Shown here in pieces: positions 30,251-39,790 of a stretch of 64,000 nucleotides of DNA. Below the pieces are notes generated by a model. The model had not been told where the DNA came from and searched no databases. It was given only the letters and a program-made list of their open reading frames with translations. Source of the stretch: a virus (Duplodnaviria; Caudoviricetes); IMG/VR virus record IMGVR_UViG_3300011008_000010, positions 73,796-137,795 of that record. The stretch is one strand, 5' to 3'. Made by a program: the position numbers and the translations under genes. The stretch's first letter is position 1, and the number at the start of each line of letters is the position of its first letter.

Positions 30251-31135
30251 ATGGAAAAATTATATGAACGGATTAATTGGGAAGGAAAACCGAGTAAAAA
30301 CACGCCAATCAATAGTACAAATCTGAATATTATCGATAAAGCAATTGACGATCTGGATGACAGAATTATAGAAATAAGCCAAAGTTCTGCGGGGGGGGGG
30401 CTTAATATTGTCCCTTCGTATATAGTCGGAAACGTAGCGTATGCCTCTAATTGGCTTTCTGATGAAGAAGACGGAGCTGTTATCTCTCCTTCAGATGGGT
30501 TTTTATATGTCATTCAAACAAGAGGAGAATATTTCGGTTGTGTTGTTTATTGGGATGGAGATCAATCTGCTTATCGAACTTTTGGCAGAAAAAATGTTTT
30601 AACTACAGATACAAATAAGCAATTGATTAAGTTTGGAGGAGAAAAAACATATTGGTTGCCTTCTGGAACACAGTATCAATTGTATAATAGAACCGTTATA
30701 TCAATACCATTAGAAGAGGGGAGCATTATACGAGCCAACATCCATGCTGCGATGAATCAATGTAATGCAAGAGTTGGTATCGAAGGAACCTCTGATTACA
30801 AAACTTATAGTGCTGGTATTGGACAAGTAGCATTCGACTATGTAATGGATATTGTTGTTACAGAAGAAATGTGTCTTGCTGGAAATCCATTTACCCTATG
30901 GTTTAATTGCAAAGCAGTTAGTGGCCAAGGATACTCCATTTCCGAAGGAAGTTATGTCATTGTCGATAATGGAACTACCGGATATGAAACAATGTTATAT
31001 GTTCCTCCGACAAAATTAAAACCAGGATATTCCGGACTAGTTCCTCCCGCAGAAATAAATGAAATGAATTCTGTTTTAATGTCAGACGGTAAATGGCATA
31101 CGCTCCAAGAATTAAAGGAACTTCTTAACGGTTAA
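30251..31135 (+). CDS. Phage fibre protein with an INW..PS..TPIN..NLN anchor N-terminus
   Basis: N-terminal motif typical of Firmicutes phage fibres; C-terminal GLVPP...SDGKW. Confidence 0.7.
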   Translation: MEKLYERINWEGKPSKNTPINSTNLNIIDKAIDDLDDRIIEISQSSAGGGLNIVPSYIVGNVAYASNWLSDEEDGAVISPSDGFLYVIQTRGEYFGCVVYWDGDQSAYRTFGRKNVLTTDTNKQLIKFGGEKTYWLPSGTQYQLYNRTVISIPLEEGSIIRANIHAAMNQCNARVGIEGTSDYKTYSAGIGQVAFDYVMDIVVTEEMCLAGNPFTLWFNCKAVSGQGYSISEGSYVIVDNGTTGYETMLYVPPTKLKPGYSGLVPPAEINEMNSVLMSDGKWHTLQELKELLNG

Positions 31136-31168
31136 TTCCAGTTAATGCGGCTCCTATAAGGAGCGTTC

Positions 31169-31373
31169 ATGGAAAAAGTTTACAAGCGTATTAACTAGAA
31201 AAAACAAACCATCAAAGGAAACGAAGATAAATAGCGAGAACTTAAACTTAATGGATTCTGCTATTGATGAAATTGATGATAGGGTTGTTGAACTGTTTGC
31301 CAAGAATGATAGCGAGTCAAATATTAAACTTAAAGACGTTATTAAACAACTAATTGACACTCCTCATAGCTAA
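31169..31373 (+). pseudogene. Degraded paralog of the 30251-31135 N-terminus
   Basis: MEKVYKRIN* (TAG where the paralog has Trp), then a frameshift in an A6 run, then NKPSKETKINSENLNLMDSAIDEIDDRVVE; ends in an IS605-type scar. Confidence 0.8.
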
Positions 31374-31403
31374 AACAAAGGGTTTACGGCGACATTTGGT
31401 AAA
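31354..31403 (-). mobile_element. Short IS200/IS605-type left-end/right-end hybrid scar
   Basis: Minus strand reads tttaccaaatgtcgccgtaaaccctttgttttagctatgaggagtgtcaa. Confidence 0.55.
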
Positions 31404-31514
31404 ACTACAACATTAGTCACTATCTAGCTAATTACGCATTGAAACACATCTTTTGTAAGACGATTAAAATAAATGAGAATTTGTTTGAATAAACCCGGCA
31501 ATATGGAGGACGAT

Positions 31515-31601
31515 ATGATAGCGGGGGTTCTTCTGTTTTTGTTTGTGGCTTCAATCGGATGGATCGGAGTTTTGATTGATGATGATGAGAGTCTCATGTG
31601 A
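31515..31601 (+). CDS. Putative 28-aa single-TM peptide
   Basis: GGAGG RBS; MIAGVLLFLFVASIGWIGVLIDDDESLM. Confidence 0.35.
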   Translation: MIAGVLLFLFVASIGWIGVLIDDDESLM

Positions 31602-31681
31602 GGTAAAAAGATACAAATGGATTGTTGGCCTCGCTTGTCGAGGCTTTGTTTATTTCTAAAAAAGAAAAGAGGTAACTTATT

Positions 31682-32404
31682 ATGGCAATTAAATACGCAA
31701 GTTTGCAAACTTTAAAATCCCTTCAGCAGGAGATCGATTCTCGTTATTTAAAAACCGCCGATTTGCCGATTTATGGCCTTGAAAAGCTTACGACTGCTAC
31801 AGAAGGATATCTTGCAAGTTATCAGTTTACAAAAGATGGTGTTGCAGTAGGCGATAAGATCAATCTTCCGAAGGATCTCGTAGTTAAAAGTGCCACTCTT
31901 GAAACCGTTACGGAAGCAGACTCTCCAGAAACTGGATACATAGTGGGCGACCGTTATATTGATATGGTAATAAATACCGTTGAAGGCGACGGTCAAGCTA
32001 CTCATGTTTATGTAAATGTCAAAGATTTGGTTGATGAATATACAGCTGGTGATGGCATCGATGTAACAAACAATGTTATTTCTTTAAAGATCAAGTCCGG
32101 CTCTCCTATTTCTGTTGATGCGGAAACTGGAGAACTTCAGATTTCAACGGTCTCCTCTTCTAGTGCTGGTGTTGTTACACCTGAGATGCTTACAAAATGG
32201 AACAATGCGGCAGGCGCTCAAATTGCCGTAGCGAGTGAAGCGACTGGAAATGGCAATGTTATTACTGGTATTTCTGTAAATGCAGCAAATGAACTCGTTG
32301 CAAATAAAGGTATTACTGCTCTTCAGGAATCAGATTTTGAAGAAATTGATGCTGCTACTGTTACTGCCTTATGGTCTGGAAGTGGTGAAAATACAGGAGA
32401 CTAA
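31682..32404 (+). CDS. Phage fibre accessory protein
   Basis: INLPKDLVVKS and DLVDEYTAGDGIDV fibre motifs. Confidence 0.7.
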   Translation: MAIKYASLQTLKSLQQEIDSRYLKTADLPIYGLEKLTTATEGYLASYQFTKDGVAVGDKINLPKDLVVKSATLETVTEADSPETGYIVGDRYIDMVINTVEGDGQATHVYVNVKDLVDEYTAGDGIDVTNNVISLKIKSGSPISVDAETGELQISTVSSSSAGVVTPEMLTKWNNAAGAQIAVASEATGNGNVITGISVNAANELVANKGITALQESDFEEIDAATVTALWSGSGENTGD

Positions 32405-32452
32405 ATACCGATCTGAAGGAATCATGGTTCATATTGTTTGAGGTAAACTACA

Positions 32453-32839
32453 ATGCCAATTTATTTAACGACAGGAGGAGGAACAGTTACCTCCATCCCT
32501 ATTGTAATTATTACACTTTGTATTTCTTTGGTTTCTTTGATTTTTGCGTTTTATCAATATGCGAAGAAAGGAAGCAAGGAAGAAGCTCGTGACACAAAAG
32601 CCCAAGTATCACAAGATGTCTCTCGCATTACAGAAGTAATGATTAAGCTTGATCATATCCAGATGGATATAACAGACATAAAGCATGAGTTAAAAGGCGT
32701 AAAACAAGAAATGAATGTATTTCGTGACAGGTTGACAAGAGTGGAGATGAAGGCTGATTCTGCGCACCAAAGACTTGACGATTTTTTAGATAAAGTTGGA
32801 GAGCCATTAAGGAAAATTAGAAAAGATGATGAAAAATAA
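32453..32839 (+). CDS. Lysis-module membrane protein (TM segment plus coiled coil)
   Basis: N-terminal TM, coiled coil, RLTRVE...AHQRLD; upstream of the holin and endolysin. Confidence 0.7.
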   Translation: MPIYLTTGGGTVTSIPIVIITLCISLVSLIFAFYQYAKKGSKEEARDTKAQVSQDVSRITEVMIKLDHIQMDITDIKHELKGVKQEMNVFRDRLTRVEMKADSAHQRLDDFLDKVGEPLRKIRKDDEK

Positions 32840-32864
32840 GTGTTTCCCCTAGTGAGGTTTTATC

Positions 32865-33191
32865 ATGCGCATCATCGATAAAAAGCTTTGCAAGAAGAAA
32901 AGAATGGAAACATCTAAAAAGATGACGCTTATAAACTATATTATCTTTGTAGGTGTTACCATTGCAACATTTGTTGCTCTTTTTAAAGGGATTGAGATTT
33001 CTTCTATTGTTACATTTGATCTTGGTATTCTTGGATTGATAACAACATGGAACGCATTTTATTCTGTAAAAGCAAGACAAGAAAATATTGCCAAAATAAC
33101 AAAGGCGTATGAGCTTGATGAGGAGGTCCTAAAGGACCTCCTTTTTAAAGCAATGAAGGAGAATCTTGGTTCTGATAGCAATAATTTTTGA
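32865..33191 (+). CDS. Holin-like 2-TM protein
   Basis: METSKK, two TM segments, FYSVKARQEN. Confidence 0.65.
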   Translation: MRIIDKKLCKKKRMETSKKMTLINYIIFVGVTIATFVALFKGIEISSIVTFDLGILGLITTWNAFYSVKARQENIAKITKAYELDEEVLKDLLFKAMKENLGSDSNNF

Positions 33192-33214
33192 GGATATGAC
33201 CAAAGGAGATAAAA

Positions 33215-33544
33215 ATGAATACGATGACTTTTGAGATTATTAAAGCAATTTTAATGGCGGTTATTGCGGGTGTAACGCTTTATCTTATTCCTCTTATTAA
33301 AGAGCGAATTGGAACGGAACGTTTGAATCAAATGGAAACATGGGCTATGAATGCCGTTCTTTGGGCAGAACAGTTTATAAAAGCTGATGGGAATGATAAG
33401 AAAAAGGCTGTGGTTGACTTTCTCAAAAAGATTAGAAACGAGAAGAATATCAATATTACAGACGAACAAATCGAAATTCTTATTGAGGCTGCCGTAAAAT
33501 CAATGAATGATTCTATGGTTCAAACAGACGAGAGAGAGGAATAA
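33215..33544 (+). CDS. Phage holin, LL-H-like
   Basis: One TM segment, AV.WAEQ...G..KK..V and IEAAV motifs; adjacent to the endolysin. Confidence 0.8.
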   Translation: MNTMTFEIIKAILMAVIAGVTLYLIPLIKERIGTERLNQMETWAMNAVLWAEQFIKADGNDKKKAVVDFLKKIRNEKNINITDEQIEILIEAAVKSMNDSMVQTDEREE

Positions 33545-33546
33545 TT

Positions 33547-35055
33547 ATGGCTACCACAGAACAGATCAGGAGTTTTATTGATACTGTTGGACCATTAGCA
33601 GCACAAGTTTGTGAAGAACGAGGATACGGAAACGCGCAAGCCTGGACATGTGTTGCCCAGGCTTGCTGCGAATCTGGGTTTGGAACATCTGGCATTATGA
33701 TGGGTGCAAACGCCATTCTCGGAATTAAAGCAGATAAAGGGTGGGTGCAGGCGGCAAAATATGGTGGTCTGGTATATAGTGCTCGAACAAAGGAATGCTA
33801 TGATGGTAAAACCTACGTTGATATTACAGATGCATTCAGAGCATATGGAAGTTTAATAGATTCGGTTAGAGATTATTTTGATTTGATTGAAAAAGATCGT
33901 TATAAAGCGAGTCTTAATGCGACCACGGTTTTAGAATGCATTACAATCATTAAAAATGGCGGGTATGCTACAAGCCCTACGTATATCAACACTGTACACA
34001 ACAATTTTTATTTACCCAACAAAGAACAGATAGAAAGTTATAAAGTCAACGTGAAACAAAATGTTTCAGAACCTTCATCTAACTCCGAGCAAACATCGTC
34101 AGAAAGTAAAATTGCGTCATTTCAGTTCCACGATCCAATTGAAAACAATATCCAATTTGCGGAGACGGCTGTTTTTATCGCGAAAAACACAAAAACGTTT
34201 TATGTGAATGGAGCATGGGGATGGCCAATGACTTTAGCAAATAAAAATCGTGCATTGAACGGAACGTCATATAACAAAATCAATGCCAATGCCATTGTAT
34301 CCTTGCCAAATGGAGTGTACGGCTGGGATTGTATCTGTTTATTAAAAGGAATATTGTGGGGTTGGTGTAATCAGTGGGACCGTCAATATGGTGGAGCAGG
34401 ATATGCTTGTAATGGAGTTCAAGATCTTTCCGAAAATGTAATGATTCAAAGATGTTCTGGCGTTACATCAGATTTTAGCCTCATTCATATCGGAGAAATG
34501 TTATGGATGGACGGTCATGCAGGAATTTATATCGGGAATGGCCTTGCTGTAGAATGTACACCGAGTTGGGACAACGGGGTTCAAATTACTGCCGTTTTAA
34601 ATATTGATCAAAAACAGGGATACAATGGACGGAAATGGACCAAACACGGAATGCTTCCATATTTCCGATATGTTGATGGAGATATTGCTATCCCTGAAAC
34701 TGATAAGGCCCCATCTTCTGATTCATCGTCCAATGCAAACACGTCTATTATAACAAATAACGATTTGTCGCAATATACAGACGAGCAGTTGGCACAGATG
34801 GTCTTAGACAATAAATTTGGCAACAATCCTAAAAGACAGCAATTGCTCGGTTCAAGATACCGCGCCGTGCAAGATATTGTAAATCGTATTGTCGCAGGAG
34901 CGTCCGCAAGCGAAGTGTACGTTGTAAAATCCGGTGATACATTGTCTGCTATTGCGTCTAAATACGGCACAACTTATCAAAAAATTGCAGCAGACAATGG
35001 AATTGCCAATGTGAATCTAATTATTGTGGGGCAAAAATTAATTATAAAAAAATGA
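33547..35055 (+). CDS. Modular endolysin: GH73 glucosaminidase, Cys/His peptidase, CW_7-like and LysM domains
   Basis: [22 protein letters not shown]; [13 protein letters not shown]...HAGIYIG; [12 protein letters not shown]; [13 protein letters not shown]. Confidence 0.88.
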   Translation: MATTEQIRSFIDTVGPLAAQVCEERGYGNAQAWTCVAQACCESGFGTSGIMMGANAILGIKADKGWVQAAKYGGLVYSARTKECYDGKTYVDITDAFRAYGSLIDSVRDYFDLIEKDRYKASLNATTVLECITIIKNGGYATSPTYINTVHNNFYLPNKEQIESYKVNVKQNVSEPSSNSEQTSSESKIASFQFHDPIENNIQFAETAVFIAKNTKTFYVNGAWGWPMTLANKNRALNGTSYNKINANAIVSLPNGVYGWDCICLLKGILWGWCNQWDRQYGGAGYACNGVQDLSENVMIQRCSGVTSDFSLIHIGEMLWMDGHAGIYIGNGLAVECTPSWDNGVQITAVLNIDQKQGYNGRKWTKHGMLPYFRYVDGDIAIPETDKAPSSDSSSNANTSIITNNDLSQYTDEQLAQMVLDNKFGNNPKRQQLLGSRYRAVQDIVNRIVAGASASEVYVVKSGDTLSAIASKYGTTYQKIAADNGIANVNLIIVGQKLIIKK

Positions 35056-35065
35056 AAATGTTGTC

Positions 35066-35100
35066 AAGGGCGGTTACTGATTGTAGCCGCTCTTCATTTT
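35066..35100 (+). terminator. Intrinsic terminator after the endolysin
   Basis: aagggcggttac/gtagccgctctt stem followed by a T-rich tail. Confidence 0.55.
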
Positions 35101-35137
35101 GTGTGGTGTTAAACCATGCCTTATTTGGAGGTGCAAA

Positions 35138-37519
35138 ATGAGTTATATTACTCCTGCTCAATTTAGAGAAGGATTGCAAGGTGCAAAGGATTACGTTGAC
35201 AGCAAAGTCGTTGGTGGCTCTGTGGATTTGTCCGTGCTCGATATGAAAGCAGATCTCGAAATTGTAGATGAGAGTTATGAAATTACGGTAAATGCTATAT
35301 CTTCAACACAAGGCATAGAATTTCGAGAAGGAAAAGAAATAGAAGTAATTGCATCAGATGATGCTGTTGCAACAGGAACATGGGAGAATGATGCAGTCGG
35401 CTTTTCTTTTGGCGGCACGGAACCTGATGTTATAATTGAGTTTGAAAACGGAGAATATTCTGTAACAACAGATAATTATGCGAATGGACCGTATAAATTA
35501 ACCGGAAACATAGGAGTTAAAAAACTTGTCAGAGAACAATTACCGGATTTGTCAGAAGGACTCCCTATGTCTGTCGAATGGGCGGATGTAAAAAATAAAC
35601 CAACTCTTTCTACTGTTGCAATATCTGGCAACTATTCTGATCTGACCGATGCTCCAACGATTATGAATGGCGCAACTTCTTACAATGATGGTAAGGAAGG
35701 GCTTGTTACAAAACCGACTACTTCAGATGTTAATAAGGCTTTGTTTGGAGATGGAAAATGGCATACTATTTATAACGAAGGACATGGAGCTACAATACTT
35801 GTAACAACAACGGAAAGTGTGTTACACGGGAAAACTGTTACTTTAACAGATGGATTGTCCACACTTACGGCAGAAATGGGTAATAATGGAGAAGCGGTAT
35901 TTCAAAATGTTTCTTTATTCGGGACTGTAATCGCCTCTGCGGAAGATGACGATAATAATGTTGCAAAAGCGTCTGTAAATATTACCTATTTCGGAACCTA
36001 TGTTGTAAATCTATCCTTGAATTACTCGACGATTGTTTTGTCTTCGACGAGCCCGGATGTGGCAGGATTGGTAGGAACAATTTTAAAAGGCACAACAGAG
36101 ATCGGGACAGTAACAATGCGCCTCGAAGACGCTTCTTTGGCTTTATCAAAGGCTGAATTTTATGTTGAAGAAGTTGGGACATATAGCATAAAATTTGATA
36201 CACAGACAAATGGTTTGTTCCGTGGATCAGTAACTGTATCCGAAATGAAAGAAAAATGCAATGTAAACGTACTGTTGTATCATGTTTATGCCTATTGTAT
36301 TGACGATAATAACTCCGACCCCATGACAAATATAGAGTATTGGGATTCTCCTTGGGGATGTGAAAATCTTGAATATAATTGTGCCCACATGGATTTTGAC
36401 AATGATATTTTTGACATGGGTTCATGGACGGGAAACGAGTTCTTTTTCCCGAAAAAGTGCATGCTGAAATCAAATGGCATAGTAGATTATTATTTTGATT
36501 CTAATAACGATATTCTTAAGGCCGATGGTAATGTATCGTCCGATTACAACAATTCAAGTTATAACGGGAACGTTATGGTTGAATTTCCAACTGCTTATTT
36601 TAATAGGTGGCAAGTTGGAGATAAGTCGTATTGTGTGATTTCAGACAAAAAATTAAGCGATGATTTTCATGCTTACGCCCATCACGATATCAACGGGAAT
36701 GTGCTGCCATATATCTATATAAGTGCTTATAATGGTTCTTACATAAACGGACAATTACGTTCAATTTCTAATATACCGGCAAATACAAATACTTCTACTA
36801 CGAGTGGACGTATTTGTAATTATACAACAAGACAACAGGAAATCAACTATGCACAGACCAATAATAGTGGTGGGCAAGGAGAACAATGGTTTACGTGGCA
36901 TAAAGCAGATTGGGATATGCTGTTAGATTATATGTTTTTAATTGGTAAAAGCACGGATCTGCAAGGAACATTTGGACGTGGATGTTCTACGGGTTATGTA
37001 TCTACGTCTAACACTGGTATGGTAACGACAGGATCTATGGATGGAAAAGGAATGTTTTGGGGTGAAAACGCAGGATCGGCAGGAGTTAAAGTCTTTTTTG
37101 TCGAAAATCCTTACGCAAATAGATGGAATGCTCTTGCTGGATGGGTAAATGATAAGGGTACGCAAAAGGTTAAAATGACCTATGGGCAAGAAGACGGTTC
37201 TACTGTAAACGGTTTTAATTTGACCGGGAGTGGATATGTTTCGATATCAGGAGCCACCCCAAGCGGGACATCTGGCGGATATATAAATAAATGGCAAAAG
37301 ACAGACAAGGGATTTATCCCATATCAATCTTCAGGAAGCCGGACTACATATGTTCCAGATGGACTTTGGTTTGATAATTCGCAAAATAATTATGTGTTTG
37401 TTGGTGCGGGTTCGCACAACGGGTTGTTATGCGGCGCGGCGGTTGCTCTGAACGGCGCCCCGGCGGTTACGGACTGGTACTTTGGCGCTTCGCTCTCTTA
37501 TAAAGGAATGGTATCTTGA
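35138..37519 (+). CDS. DGR target: fibre/receptor-binding protein with a C-terminal CLec-like variable domain
   Basis: ATG 35138 follows GGAGG; fibre motifs; the 3' end contains the VR matching the TR. Confidence 0.88.
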   Translation: MSYITPAQFREGLQGAKDYVDSKVVGGSVDLSVLDMKADLEIVDESYEITVNAISSTQGIEFREGKEIEVIASDDAVATGTWENDAVGFSFGGTEPDVIIEFENGEYSVTTDNYANGPYKLTGNIGVKKLVREQLPDLSEGLPMSVEWADVKNKPTLSTVAISGNYSDLTDAPTIMNGATSYNDGKEGLVTKPTTSDVNKALFGDGKWHTIYNEGHGATILVTTTESVLHGKTVTLTDGLSTLTAEMGNNGEAVFQNVSLFGTVIASAEDDDNNVAKASVNITYFGTYVVNLSLNYSTIVLSSTSPDVAGLVGTILKGTTEIGTVTMRLEDASLALSKAEFYVEEVGTYSIKFDTQTNGLFRGSVTVSEMKEKCNVNVLLYHVYAYCIDDNNSDPMTNIEYWDSPWGCENLEYNCAHMDFDNDIFDMGSWTGNEFFFPKKCMLKSNGIVDYYFDSNNDILKADGNVSSDYNNSSYNGNVMVEFPTAYFNRWQVGDKSYCVISDKKLSDDFHAYAHHDINGNVLPYIYISAYNGSYINGQLRSISNIPANTNTSTTSGRICNYTTRQQEINYAQTNNSGGQGEQWFTWHKADWDMLLDYMFLIGKSTDLQGTFGRGCSTGYVSTSNTGMVTTGSMDGKGMFWGENAGSAGVKVFFVENPYANRWNALAGWVNDKGTQKVKMTYGQEDGSTVNGFNLTGSGYVSISGATPSGTSGGYINKWQKTDKGFIPYQSSGSRTTYVPDGLWFDNSQNNYVFVGAGSHNGLLCGAAVALNGAPAVTDWYFGASLSYKGMVS
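37393..37501 (+). repeat. DGR variable repeat (VR)
   Basis: 109-bp gapless match to 37558-37666 with 22 differences, all opposite TR adenines. Confidence 0.97.
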
Positions 37520-37557
37520 TCGTTTAATATTTGTAAAACAGGGCTTTGTTGAGCGAC

Positions 37558-37666
37558 TGTGATTGTTGGTGCGAATTCGAACAACAGGTTGTTATACGGC
37601 ACGACGGTTAATCTGAACAACGCCCCGACGAATACGAACTGGAACAATGACGCTTCGCTAACTTAT
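37558..37666 (+). ncRNA. DGR template repeat (TR)
   Basis: Lies between the target and RT genes; 10 AAY codons in the VR frame; adenine-specific differences from the VR. Confidence 0.95.
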
Positions 37667-37786
37667 TCCATAATGGGACGATAACTAAATGTTCAGCATA
37701 GTCCTTACCTCTCGGTAAAAATTACCCTAATAAACGTCTGTGAGTAGCATGGTATGTAGTTGAAAATGGACATGGGAATAAGAGAA

Positions 37787-38932
37787 ATGAAATCTTATAA
37801 TCATTTGTTTGAAAAATTTATAAGCGACGAAAACATTGAATTGGCTATAAAAAAGGCATCTATTGGCAAAAGAAGTCGCATACAAGTTCAAAAATATTTA
37901 AACGATCCTGAATTTGCACTTGAAATATGGATGTATGCGATAACGTTCAAAAACGCAAAGCATCGTCCAATTGAAATATATGATGGGATACAAAGAAAGA
38001 AAAGAACTATTATAGTTCCAACGTTTAAAGAACAAATAATACATCATATGCTTGTAAATGTTTTACAACCAATATTCATGCGTGGGATGTACGAACATTC
38101 ATATGGTTCAATTCCCCAAAGAGGAGGACACAAAGGAAAGAAAACGATAGAAAAATGGATCAATAGAGATATTGGAAACTGCAAATATGTTGTTAAAATG
38201 GACATAAAAAAATATTTTGATTCGATCCCTCATGACATTTACTTAAACAAGTTCAAACAAATTATCCATGATAGAGAATTTATGCGCGTTGTAAACGAGA
38301 TAACAAGTGTAATATCTTCTGACAAAGGAATTCCTCTTGGCTTTTATACTTCTCAGTGGACGGCAAATTGGTATTTACAGGATTTGGATCATTATATAAA
38401 AGAAAATTTAAAGGCAAAATATTATATTCGATACATGGACGATATGGTGATTTTTGGAAAAGATAAAACAGATCTCCATAAAATGCGAAAGGCCATAGAA
38501 AAATATTTAAACGAAAAGCTTAAGTTAAAAATGAAGGAGAATTGGCAGGTTTTTAGATTTGATTATATTGATGAGGCCGGAAATCATAAGGGTAGGTTTT
38601 TGGATTTTATGGGTTTTAGATTCTATTGTGATAAAACAATCCTAAGAAAATCTATTATGATAAAGGCAACCAGAAAAGCGATCAGGGCTGCAAAACATGA
38701 CAAACCAACTTTACATGAAATAAAAGGTGTCTTATCGTATATGGGCTGGATTGATTGTACGAATACCTATGGTATGTATGAAAATCGCATTAAACCATAT
38801 GTCAATATAAGATCGTGTAAAAAGAGAATTTCTAAGCACGACAAAAGAGAGACGGCAAAGAGAAAGAATAGAAAATATGAAGAAAAAAGACAAAAAGAAA
38901 GGAGGGAAAGAAGTGGTATTAAACTGGATTAA
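37787..38932 (+). CDS. DGR reverse transcriptase
   Basis: KMDIKKYFDSI, GIPLGFYTSQ (DGR-type GxxxSQ), YIRYMDD and DFMG; start probably ATG 37787 (track gives 37760). Confidence 0.95.
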   Translation: MKSYNHLFEKFISDENIELAIKKASIGKRSRIQVQKYLNDPEFALEIWMYAITFKNAKHRPIEIYDGIQRKKRTIIVPTFKEQIIHHMLVNVLQPIFMRGMYEHSYGSIPQRGGHKGKKTIEKWINRDIGNCKYVVKMDIKKYFDSIPHDIYLNKFKQIIHDREFMRVVNEITSVISSDKGIPLGFYTSQWTANWYLQDLDHYIKENLKAKYYIRYMDDMVIFGKDKTDLHKMRKAIEKYLNEKLKLKMKENWQVFRFDYIDEAGNHKGRFLDFMGFRFYCDKTILRKSIMIKATRKAIRAAKHDKPTLHEIKGVLSYMGWIDCTNTYGMYENRIKPYVNIRSCKKRISKHDKRETAKRKNRKYEEKRQKERRERSGIKLD

Positions 38933-39176
38933 ATCAAGAAGTAGTGTTTTTCCAAAAGAAACTGATTACGAATCTTCTCCTACTACAGTTTATGTTCGTC
39001 GGAATATCAAAGAAATGCAAGAAAAAAACGATGATGGCAGCACTGTTATATTTTATGAATACGAAGAAGCAAAGCTGACTCATGAAGAATATTCAATTTA
39101 TGCGGCAGAAAAAACAATGGAGGATAATGCTTCTATCAAACAGGTTCTTGCGGATATGCTTGAAAGGTTGAAGTGA
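38913..39176 (+). CDS. Small phage protein, possibly a fibre chaperone; not Avd-like
   Basis: GTG after AAGGAGG; SSPTTVYVRRNI...YEYEEAKLT. Confidence 0.65.
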   Translation: MVLNWIKSRSSVFPKETDYESSPTTVYVRRNIKEMQEKNDDGSTVIFYEYEEAKLTHEEYSIYAAEKTMEDNASIKQVLADMLERLK

Positions 39177-39214
39177 GTTTCTAAAAATTTAATAATCACA
39201 TCATATAATATATC

Positions 39215-39243
39215 TTGAAAAATATCGTAACATATGATAGTAT
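39215..39243 (+). promoter_or_regulatory. Candidate sigma-A promoter
   Basis: TTGAAA, 17 bp, TAGTAT with an extended TG and an AT-rich upstream region. Confidence 0.4.
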
Positions 39244-39445
39244 ATGTTGTGAGGAGATATATAAATTACCCCGTATCATAATTCGATTATACGGTTGCTG
39301 TTAAAAGCAGATAATATAAGGCGTTCTTCCATGTTGCTTTCCCTTGTGACATACTTTAGCCTTAAATTTGCAAATGCATTAAATAGAACAAAGATCCAGC
39401 CGTATAACCACCTCTTTGAAGTAATCTGAGCAAAAGGAGAATCAA

Positions 39446-39790
39446 ATGGAGAAAACCGATAAAACAACCGTAGTTAAACCAGACGATGATTTAGACGAAA
39501 AAGAAGGAGTTACAAAAGTCACCTTACTGTTGCGCGACGTATATAACTCTTCTCTTGACAAAGCAGAAGCAAACGCAAAAAGATGGTTTAAGTTTTCTGT
39601 CGCATTGCTACTTGCGTTAGTTTTCACAAATATTGCCTGGTTGGTTTATGAGCTTCAATATGACAACATTGTTATTACACAAGATGCCAACACAGATAGC
39701 GGTGGCAATGCATCTGTAACTGGAGCAGTTGGAGATGTGATATATGGCACGAGCACGTCAGATAATTCGAACGAAAACAAGAAAGACTAA
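39446..39790 (+). CDS. Single-TM phage membrane protein
   Basis: AAGGAG RBS; NAKRWF followed by a TM segment and YELQYD. Confidence 0.7.
   Translation: MEKTDKTTVVKPDDDLDEKEGVTKVTLLLRDVYNSSLDKAEANAKRWFKFSVALLLALVFTNIAWLVYELQYDNIVITQDANTDSGGNASVTGAVGDVIYGTSTSDNSNENKKD

Noticed and set aside
31196-31198. TAG at a Trp position as evidence of stop-codon recoding
   Set aside because: A frameshift follows immediately, and several intact genes end in TAG (7956, 11044, 14144, 15412).
37787-38932. RT as a group II intron or retron enzyme
   Set aside because: The GxxxSQ motif and the adjacent TR/VR pair identify a DGR; there is no maturase/endonuclease extension or VTG motif.
38913-39176. ORF after the RT as the Avd accessory protein
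   Set aside because: Short and acidic, with a beta-strand-like Tyr/Val pattern; it does not resemble the basic four-helix Avd.
39244-39445. Possible ncRNA or leader downstream of the candidate promoter
   Set aside because: Only one weak hairpin and no recognisable family or ORF; insufficient support.
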